The notes below the pieces were generated by a model. It was not told the DNA's origin. It was given only the letters and a program-made list of their open reading frames with translations, and searched no databases. The position numbers and the translations under genes are program-made. DNA of 64,000 nucleotides from an uncultured Clostridia bacterium (GTDB lineage: Bacteria > Bacillota > Clostridia > TANB77 > CAG-508). Of this stretch, positions 57,441 through 64,000 are shown piece after piece. The stretch lies in contig CALXRW010000005.1 in assembly GCA_944390965.1 (NCBI GenBank), positions 16-64,015 of the forward strand. The letters are read 5' to 3'. Positions within the stretch are counted from its first letter, which is position 1; the number at the start of each line of letters is the position of its first letter.

Positions 57441-57482
57441 ATAAAAAGAAGGAGCTATTTCTAGTACTCCTTCTTTTTTTAT
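57441..57482. terminator. Bidirectional terminator between the thioesterase gene and rplL
   Basis: Stem AAGAAGGAG / CTCCTTCTT with flanking A- and T-runs. Confidence 0.75.
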
Positions 57483-57490
57483 TTTTTGTT

Positions 57491-57862
57491 TTAAGCTAAT
57501 TCTACAACAGCTCCTGCTTCTGTAAATTTTGCTTTTAATTCTTCTGCTTCTTCTTTTGAAGCTTTTTCTTTTACTGTTTTTGGTGCCCCATCTACTAAGT
57601 CTTTTGCTTCTTTTAATCCTAATCCTGTAGCATCTCTTACAACTTTAATAACAGCAATTTTATTTGCTCCAGCCTCTTTTAATACTACATCAAATTGTGT
57701 TTTTTCTTCAGCTGCTCCTGCTGCAGCTCCTCCAGCTACTGGTGCTGCAACTGCTGCTGCAGATACACCATATTTTTCTTCAATTCCTTTTACTAATTCT
57801 GATAATTCAATAACTGTTAAGCTATCGATTTCTTCTAATAATTTTGTTATTTTTTCTTCCAT
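57491..57862 (-). CDS. rplL: 50S ribosomal protein L7/L12
   Basis: Ala-rich hinge [20 protein letters not shown] and a C-terminal domain [24 protein letters not shown]. Confidence 0.96.
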   Translation of the reverse strand: MEEKITKLLEEIDSLTVIELSELVKGIEEKYGVSAAAVAAPVAGGAAAGAAEEKTQFDVVLKEAGANKIAVIKVVRDATGLGLKEAKDLVDGAPKTVKEKASKEEAEELKAKFTEAGAVVELA

Positions 57863-57893
57863 TTTTTTCATTTCCTTTCTTTTTTATTCAAAA

Positions 57894-58394
57894 TTAATTT
57901 TCATTTTTGGTTTTAACCACTTCATTAAGTGCAATAGCAAGTTTTGTAACATTGCCAAGTAAGCTTCCTGCAAGTTTTGCAAGTAATACCTCTCTTGAAG
58001 GTAATTTAGCAAGTGTAATAATTTCTTCACTAGATGTAACTTTACCTTCAATAACTCCTACTTTAATTTTGTAAAAATCGTTTGATTTTGTATATTCATA
58101 AATAGCTTTTGCAGGTTCTAGGTAATCTTCATTTCCTATTATAACTGCTGTAGGTCCATTTAAGAATTCTTCTAATCCTTCAATTTTACATTCTTCAAAA
58201 GCTCTTTTTGTAATATTGTTTTTTATAACTAAGTATTCTCCATTTACTTTTCTTAATGAATTTCTTAGTTTTGTTACATCTGCAACATTAATTCCTCTGT
58301 AATCTGTTAAAAGAACAAGCTTTGCATTTTTAATTTTTTCTGCTAATTCTTTTACTTCCTCTTGTTTTTTTTCAATAATTTTTGCATTTGCCAT
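57894..58394 (-). CDS. rplJ: 50S ribosomal protein L10
   Basis: Position upstream of rplL, and the pattern VLLTDYRGINVADVTKLR. Confidence 0.95.
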   Translation of the reverse strand: MANAKIIEKKQEEVKELAEKIKNAKLVLLTDYRGINVADVTKLRNSLRKVNGEYLVIKNNITKRAFEECKIEGLEEFLNGPTAVIIGNEDYLEPAKAIYEYTKSNDFYKIKVGVIEGKVTSSEEIITLAKLPSREVLLAKLAGSLLGNVTKLAIALNEVVKTKNEN

Positions 58395-58583
58395 TTTTTT
58401 GTTTCACCTCCACACATTTTATTTAAAGAATAAATCTAATTTCTCTAAACCTTTTTAATATTTACTATATTAAATTAAGGTCTAGCAAAAAGCATATGAG
58501 ATTTGTTGACGCAAAAAATTGTGAAACAATTTTTCTATGCATCTATTTTTCAAATTACATGAAATGCAGTTTTCTATAACTTG

Positions 58584-58692
58584 AAAAACTCTGTACATAC
58601 CACCAAGGCATATACAGAGTTTGCATTTACTCTTTCTTAACACCTCGGTAGGACTTACTTAAATATTTGCCTACTGTCTTTGGCTATTTAGT
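58584..58692 (-). promoter_or_regulatory. Probable L10 (rplJL) leader with attenuator
   Basis: Minus strand has AAGACAGTAGG...CCTACCGAGGTG, then the hairpin AAACTCTGTATAT/ATGTACAGAGTTT + TTTTT. This resembles Firmicute L10 leaders that act by attenuation. Confidence 0.45.
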
Positions 58693-58695
58693 TTT

Positions 58696-58790
58696 TTATT
58701 GTATAGGAAATTTCCAGAACAATAAGATTAAGTTACCTATGTTTTCACTCGATTGTGTTGCAATCTGTACATGCGATGAAGTCACTTTTT
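58696..58790 (+). repeat. Family-2 intergenic repeat, copy C2 (diverged)
   Basis: TTATTGTATAGGAAATTTCC...GATTAAGTTACCTATGTTTTCACTCGATTGTGTTGCAATCTGTACATGCGATGAAGTCACTTTTT aligns with C1 at about 80% identity. Confidence 0.7.
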
Positions 58791-59470
58791 TATGAATTAA
58801 CATAGATTCCAGGTCCCATTGTTGTAGAAATTGCAATACTTTTTACATATTGTCCTTTTGCAGCAGCTGGTTTTGCTCTATTTATTGCTTCCATGACTGT
58901 ATTATAATTTTCAGTTAATTTTTCTGCTCCAAAAGATACTTTTCCAAATCCTAAATGAATAATATTGGTTTTGTCTAATCTATATTCTACTTTACCAGAT
59001 TTAATTTCAGATATTGCTTTTTTTACGTCCATAGTAACAGTTCCAGATTTAGGATTTGGCATTAATCCTTTTGGTCCTAATACTTTACCTAATCTTCCAA
59101 TTACTCCCATCATATCTGGTGTTGCAACAATAACATCATATTCAAACCAATTTTCTTTTTCAATTTTTGGTACTAATTCTTCTGCACCCACAAAGTCAGC
59201 TCCAGCTTCTTCAGCTTCTTTTGCTTTATCTCCTTTTGCAAATACTAATACTTTTAATGTTTTTCCTTTACCATGTGGAAGTACAACAGTTCCTCTAACT
59301 TGTTGATCAGCTTGTTTTGAATCAACACCTAATTTAACATGTAATTCTAAAGTTTCATCAAATTTTGCTTTTGGCATTTTTAAAATTGTTTCAATTGCTT
59401 CTTTCGCTGAATAAGATTTTGTTTTATCTATCAACTTTTCTGCTTCTAGATATTTTTTTCCTCTTTTCAT
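58790..59470 (-). CDS. rplA: 50S ribosomal protein L1
   Basis: Motifs [21 protein letters not shown] and GTVVLPHG. Confidence 0.96.
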   Translation of the reverse strand: MKRGKKYLEAEKLIDKTKSYSAKEAIETILKMPKAKFDETLELHVKLGVDSKQADQQVRGTVVLPHGKGKTLKVLVFAKGDKAKEAEEAGADFVGAEELVPKIEKENWFEYDVIVATPDMMGVIGRLGKVLGPKGLMPNPKSGTVTMDVKKAISEIKSGKVEYRLDKTNIIHLGFGKVSFGAEKLTENYNTVMEAINRAKPAAAKGQYVKSIAISTTMGPGIYVNS

Positions 59471-59605
59471 ATTTTTCCTCCTTTTGGTAATAACGGATTT
59501 CTCCTCCCATTTTTTGCTAATAGCCTTTATTTATGTTAATAATTATAACATACTAAAATTGTTTTTACTTTTTATGCGATGGATAACGAAGTAATACGCC
59601 GCTAA

Positions 59606-60031
59606 TTATTTGCAGACAACGCCCATTGAACGAGCAGTTCCCTTAACCATCTTCATAGCAGCTTCTATTGATGCTGCATTTAAATCTTCCATTTTTTGCT
59701 CTGCTATTTGTCTTACTTGTTCTTCTGTAATAGTAGCAACTTTTTCTTTGTTTGGTTTTCCTGAACCTTTTTCAATTTTTAACGCTTTTCTAATTAAAAC
59801 TGCAACTGGTGGTACTTTTGTAATAAATTCAAAAGATTTGTCTGCATATACTGTAATTACCACTGGTATAACCATTCCTGGTTGATTTGCTGTTCTATCA
59901 TTAAATTCTTTAACAAATTGCATAATATTAACACCACTTGAACCTAAAGCAGGTCCTACTGGTGGGGCTGGAGTTGCTTTGCCAGCTTCAATTTGCAATT
60001 TAATTACATTTTTTACTTCTTTCTCTGCCAT
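59606..60031 (-). CDS. rplK: 50S ribosomal protein L11
   Basis: [21 protein letters not shown] signature. Confidence 0.96.
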   Translation of the reverse strand: MAEKEVKNVIKLQIEAGKATPAPPVGPALGSSGVNIMQFVKEFNDRTANQPGMVIPVVITVYADKSFEFITKVPPVAVLIRKALKIEKGSGKPNKEKVATITEEQVRQIAEQKMEDLNAASIEAAMKMVKGTARSMGVVCK

Positions 60032-60055
60032 TTTAAGACAGCCTCCTTTTTATTT

Positions 60056-60589
60056 TTAAATTTTCTGTACCTGAGAGAATTCTAACTCTACTGGTGTTTC
60101 TCTTCCAAACATAGAAACTAATACTTTTACTTTATTTTTTTCTTTATTAATTTCTTGAATCACTCCTGTGAAGTTTTCTAAAGGTCCATTTAATACTCGT
60201 ACAGTATCATTGACATCATAATCCACAGTAATGGTTGTTGGAACTTCAAATCCCATACTTCTAATTTCTTCTTCTGTTAATGGAATAGGGTCTGTTCCTG
60301 ATCCTACAAATCCTGTAACACCTCTTGTGTTCCTTACAATGTACCAAGACTCTTCTGTTACAATCATCTTTACTAGTACATAACCTGGAAAAACTTTTTT
60401 TAAATTGGTTTTTCTTTTACCATCTTTTATTTCAATTTGTTCTTCCATTGGAACTACAATATCAAAGAAGAAATCTTCAAGTTCTCTATTTTTAACTGTT
60501 TTTTCTAAATCTGTTTTTACTTTATTTTCGTATCCAGAATAGGTATGAACTACATACCATCTTGGTTCTTTTTTTTCTTCTTGAGACAT
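60056..60589 (-). CDS. nusG: Transcription termination/antitermination factor NusG
   Basis: NGN domain (WYVVHTYSGYENKV) plus a KOW domain. Follows secE. Confidence 0.95.
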   Translation of the reverse strand: MSQEEKKEPRWYVVHTYSGYENKVKTDLEKTVKNRELEDFFFDIVVPMEEQIEIKDGKRKTNLKKVFPGYVLVKMIVTEESWYIVRNTRGVTGFVGSGTDPIPLTEEEIRSMGFEVPTTITVDYDVNDTVRVLNGPLENFTGVIQEINKEKNKVKVLVSMFGRETPVELEFSQVQKI

Positions 60590-60626
60590 TGGTTAGCCTC
60601 CTTTTTTATATTTTCCACTAAGGTAT

Positions 60627-61001
60627 TTATTCTTGCACACTTTCGTTTGCACTTTCTGATACATTTTCTGTAGATTCATTACTATTCTCTTCTACCTCTG
60701 TATTTCCTTCTGTTGTTGTATTGTCTGTATTTTCGATAGTATTAGTATTTACTACATTTTCTGTAGATGTATCCTCTGTTTGAACAATTCCTTTTAATTT
60801 GTTAATTCCATAAGTGTTTAAACCTTCAAATGCTAAATCTAATACGAATACAATTGCAGCTGTAATTAGTACAACAACAATAACTGCTATTGTATTGTTA
60901 ACAACTTGTTTTGGTGTTGGCCAAATAACTTTTTTTAATTCTGCCTTGAAATTTTTAAAAAAGTGGCGTTTTTCTTTTCCTTCTTTTTCTTTGTTTGCCA
61001 T
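60627..61001 (-). CDS. secE: Preprotein translocase subunit SecE with a long acidic Asn/Thr/Glu-rich C-terminal extension
   Basis: FFKNFKAELKKVIWPTPKQV plus a single TM helix, then about 55 aa of low complexity. Conserved rpmG-secE-nusG context. Confidence 0.88.
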   Translation of the reverse strand: MANKEKEGKEKRHFFKNFKAELKKVIWPTPKQVVNNTIAVIVVVLITAAIVFVLDLAFEGLNTYGINKLKGIVQTEDTSTENVVNTNTIENTDNTTTEGNTEVEENSNESTENVSESANESVQE

Positions 61002-61020
61002 TTCATTTCCTCCTAAAAGG

Positions 61021-61185
61021 TTATTTTGTTTCTTTGTGTGGGGTACGTTTTTTGCAGAATTTGCAATATTTTGTTATTTCTAATCTATCTGTATTATTTC
61101 TTTTATTTTTTGATGTCATATAGTTTCTTCTCTTGCATTCTGTACATTCTAATGTAATGGATTCTCTTGGTCCTTTTGCGGCCAT
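61021..61185 (-). CDS. rpmG: 50S ribosomal protein L33
   Basis: CTECKRRNY...[16 protein letters not shown] zinc ribbon. Start at ATG 61185 behind GGAGGTG. Confidence 0.92.
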   Translation of the reverse strand: MAAKGPRESITLECTECKRRNYMTSKNKRNNTDRLEITKYCKFCKKRTPHKETK

Positions 61186-61295
61186 TTCAATACACCTCCG
61201 TTTATTTTTCTGAAGCATTTTTGTTTACGATGTGATATGTATTTACAATAAAATACATGCTTATATACTTTATCATATTTTCCTTAATATGTCAA

Positions 61296-61787
61296 CTATT
61301 TCATTGATTTTGTTTCAGTTTTTTTGTTCCATATTTTATTATATAATTTTTGCAATAAAATAGTTAGTATAATTCCTGTTAAAATACCAAAGGAATCTAA
61401 AAAAATATCTGTTATTTGTGCACTTCTTCCAGGAATAAAATATTGATGCCATTCATCTGTTATAGCATAAACTGTTCCTACTATTTGGCTAAGTATAAAA
61501 GGCCTTTTCACTAAAAAAGTTGTCATAAAGGAATATATTAAAATTCCCCCTATTATATAGATGACATAATGGGCAAGTTTCCTAATGAAGGGCTCTATTT
61601 TCTGAATGAGTTCCTCTCTTTGATTTTCTGTTAAATGGTTTGGTATGATATTCTCTAAAACTATTCTTACTGTTCCCTGACTTGTACCACTTGACTGCTC
61701 TCCACCTTGGTGGGAAAACATAAAAATTGTACTAACCCAAATGATTAATAAAATTCCTAATATGACTCTATTCATGTTTCTCCTCAT
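61296..61787 (-). CDS. VanZ-family membrane protein
   Basis: Motifs KLAHYVIY and DEWHQYFIPGRS. Four TM helices. Confidence 0.8.
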   Translation of the reverse strand: MRRNMNRVILGILLIIWVSTIFMFSHQGGEQSSGTSQGTVRIVLENIIPNHLTENQREELIQKIEPFIRKLAHYVIYIIGGILIYSFMTTFLVKRPFILSQIVGTVYAITDEWHQYFIPGRSAQITDIFLDSFGILTGIILTILLQKLYNKIWNKKTETKSMK

Positions 61788-62347
61788 CTTTTCTTTTTTA
61801 CAGAAAAACCAAATTTTCCAACTGGCTTTCCTAAAGTATAATAGTTTCCATTTGCATAAGTAATTAAATTACATTTATTAATATCAAATTTCCCTGTTTC
61901 ATCTATATATTTTTCATCTGCATCAATAGACAACACTTCTGCCATAAACATATGATGGCTCCCTAGTTCTTTAATATCTATTACTTTACATTCAATGGAA
62001 ACAGGACTTTCTTTTATTAAAGGAGCTTTTACAAATTGTGCTTTTTCTTTTGTTAAATGCATTTGTTTGAATTTATCTATTTTTGCTCCAGTTTTTACAC
62101 CACACCAATCAGTGGCAAATGCTAATTCTTTCGTAGTAAGATTAATAACAAACTCACCTTGTTCTTTTATCATTTTATATGAATATCTTTCTGGTCTAAC
62201 AGAAATATAAACTGTTGCAGGGTTTGTATTTAATATTCCTGTCCATGCAACAGTAATAATATTTGATTTTTTTATGGTTCCACATGTTACCATAACAACA
62301 GGGAGTGGATAAATAAAAGTTCCCGGTTTCCATATCACTTTTCCCAT
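61784..62347 (-). CDS. Flavin reductase-like (FMN-binding split-barrel) protein
   Basis: Pattern PLPVVMVTCG ... NIITVAW ... FVINL. Confidence 0.8.
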   Translation of the reverse strand: MGKVIWKPGTFIYPLPVVMVTCGTIKKSNIITVAWTGILNTNPATVYISVRPERYSYKMIKEQGEFVINLTTKELAFATDWCGVKTGAKIDKFKQMHLTKEKAQFVKAPLIKESPVSIECKVIDIKELGSHHMFMAEVLSIDADEKYIDETGKFDINKCNLITYANGNYYTLGKPVGKFGFSVKKKR

Positions 62348-62349
62348 TT

Positions 62350-63597
62350 TTATCTTTCACCTTTTTCTTGTTTTTGATCTTTTTTTACAAAAAACTCATC
62401 TAATTCTTCTGGTACAACACATTCATATTGATTATTTTCTTGATAAATGCTTCCTATGCAATATAAATCTTCTGCTATTCTTCTTTCCTTTAAGAAGTTC
62501 TCATCTTGGTCAATTTTTCTTATAAATTCACAATAATGAATATCATCTAACTGTTCTTCTGTTACATCATCCATAACAAATAATTTTTCTCTTCTACCAT
62601 TTTGTCTTTTCCCTATTGGTATTAACTTATAAATTCCAAAGTTTTCTTCTCCTTTTGATACAGTCCCAACTTTTATAATTCTTCTTGAAAAATCTATATT
62701 TGTTCCTATTCTCCCCTTTTCAAAATCCTTTTTTGTTCCTCTTAATTCTCTTTCTTCTCTTTTAAAAGAATCTTCTACAAAAGGTTGGTATGAGATTTCA
62801 AAAGTTTTTTTGTTCAATTCTCCAATATATCCACTTCTCTTAGCTAGAGATTCTATTAAGTGCTTTCTACTAAACAAAGTAGAAGAATATAGTCTTAGTT
62901 TTCCTATGTTCTCTCTTAAAGATTCAAAATTAATGTTTTCATGCGTATATACCATATAATCAAAATTAGCTCCATTCCATTGTTCTGAAATACGATAGCG
63001 ATATAGTGAATATGGACAAATTTTACTGCTAAAAGTTGAATATGGTCTTTGTCCTTGCATTTTTTCAATTTTCACTTTATCTCCTGATGCTCTTTGAAAA
63101 TATATGCTCTGCTCTCTTTCTTTTTCCTCTTTTAATTTTCTTTTTATTTCTTCATTTCTTTTTTCCTCTTCATCTTGCAATTTTTTTCTTTTTTCATCTT
63201 CGTATTTTCTCTTTTCGAACTCTTCTCTTTCTTTTTCTTCATGTCTAATTTGTTCTATAAAATTTTTATAATCATCTAAAAATTTTCTTTCATTTCTTTT
63301 TCTCCAAAAACGTTCATTGATACTGACTATATCTTTTTGTACATCTTCTAAATTCTCTGTAGATTGCTCTAATGATACAGCCAAATCGGGATGAACTTTA
63401 AGTGACATTTTTCTAAACGCCTCATGTATTTTTTCTGGAGATATTTCTTCTTCTTTAATTCCTAGCATATCACAAATAGATATATATTTTCCACTTGTAA
63501 ACTTTTCTTTATATTCTTCACTTGTACTCATCATAAACTCATGAAGGCTAGGATATTTTTTTACCATATTGTATTTTAAAGGAATTCTAGTTCTCAT
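62350..63597 (-). CDS. J-domain (DnaJ-like HPD) protein with an unknown C-terminal domain
   Basis: ICDMLGIKEEEISPEKIHEAFRKMSLKVHPD is a J-domain helix II-HPD-loop pattern. It is followed by a Lys/Glu coiled coil and about 220 aa of unrecognised sequence. Confidence 0.6.
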   Translation of the reverse strand: MRTRIPLKYNMVKKYPSLHEFMMSTSEEYKEKFTSGKYISICDMLGIKEEEISPEKIHEAFRKMSLKVHPDLAVSLEQSTENLEDVQKDIVSINERFWRKRNERKFLDDYKNFIEQIRHEEKEREEFEKRKYEDEKRKKLQDEEEKRNEEIKRKLKEEKEREQSIYFQRASGDKVKIEKMQGQRPYSTFSSKICPYSLYRYRISEQWNGANFDYMVYTHENINFESLRENIGKLRLYSSTLFSRKHLIESLAKRSGYIGELNKKTFEISYQPFVEDSFKREERELRGTKKDFEKGRIGTNIDFSRRIIKVGTVSKGEENFGIYKLIPIGKRQNGRREKLFVMDDVTEEQLDDIHYCEFIRKIDQDENFLKERRIAEDLYCIGSIYQENNQYECVVPEELDEFFVKKDQKQEKGER

Positions 63598-63626
63598 TTT
63601 ACTACCTCTTCTTATAATATTGTTTT

Positions 63627-63697
63627 AAGTAATTTCTTCGAAGAACGGGCGATTAAAATCGCCCCTACATTTTTTCATAAATTACTTTACACTATCT
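63627..63697 (-). repeat. REP-like element copy R9 (long form)
   Basis: AAGTAATTTCTTCGAAGAACGGGCGATTAAAATCGCCCCTACATTTTTTCATAAATTACTTTACACTATCT. Its left end lies 29 nt upstream of the J-domain gene start. Confidence 0.85.
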
Positions 63698-63782
63698 ATA
63701 ATATTTGTCTCCTTTCCATTTTAATGGATTTGTTTTTATATATTCCAAAATTTTGAGATATTCTTTTTCGTTTCTAATAATG

Positions 63783-63812
63783 TTTTCATAGATTACTTTA
63801 CACTATCTTTTT
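63783..63812 (-). repeat. Solo right-flank fragment of the REP-like long form
   Basis: TTTTCATAGATTACTTTACACTATCTTTT without the GC hairpin. Confidence 0.7.
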
Positions 63813-63863
63813 TATCATTTTTTATAGACACTACATTTCAGTTATCTCAATTCTTTTTCAAAT

Positions 63864-63897
63864 CTTATTATAACACATTTCTTATTATAACACATTT
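63864..63897 (+). repeat. Perfect 17-bp tandem duplication
   Basis: CTTATTATAACACATTT occurs twice, back to back. Confidence 0.9.
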
Positions 63898-63934
63898 TTT
63901 TAGAAAAAGAAATATAAAGGTTTTTATACAATAA

Positions 63935-64000
63935 GAAAAGTGGCTTCGCCACATGTACAGATTGCTTCGCAATCGCACAAAAACATAGGTAACTTAACCT
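63935..64000 (-). repeat. Family-2 intergenic repeat, copy C3 (inverted, truncated by the window end)
   Basis: AAGAAAAGTGGCTTCGCCACATGTACAGATTGCTTCGCAATCGCACAAAAACATAGGTAACTTAACC is the reverse complement of C1 with one mismatch. Confidence 0.85.

Overview
Very AT-rich (by eye about 25-30% G+C) chromosomal core region of a spore-forming, low-GC Firmicute of the class Clostridia. The class is supported by spo0A, a BofC-like gene, and the ctsR-mcsA-mcsB-clpC and rpmG-secE-nusG-rplKAJL operons. About 80% of genes are on the minus strand. Housekeeping content includes two Clp ATPases (clpC, clpE), ruvA-rarA, two pseudouridine synthases, lspA, murI, adhE, pdp, rnhB, an htrA-like protease, pgsA, NfeD/SPFH, thioredoxin/CcdA, Hsp20 and an NlpC/P60 hydrolase. 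There are no rRNA, tRNA, CRISPR, integrase or transposase genes. The unusual signal lies between the genes. (1) A GTAG-headed GC-rich hairpin repeat family (REP-like) has at least 9 copies, all in one orientation, including stem-swapped variants and nested composites with ATTCATT-type palindromes. (2) A roughly 115-nt repeat (3 copies) carries two GCGAAGC mini-hairpins. (3) A palindromic MITE-like element (2 copies) has a conserved roughly 78-nt core. Other candidates are a type I toxin-antitoxin-like locus (40-aa hydrophobic peptide with a convergent small RNA unit) and a sortase plus thioester-domain adhesin whose LPKAG sorting signal lacks the membrane anchor. There is also a CIRCE-like operator over the hsp20 promoter, and two genes (comEC and an FAD oxidoreductase) are broken by the same kind of +1 C insertion. 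All protein calls rest on motif recognition by eye from the supplied translations. No alignments or folding programs were run.
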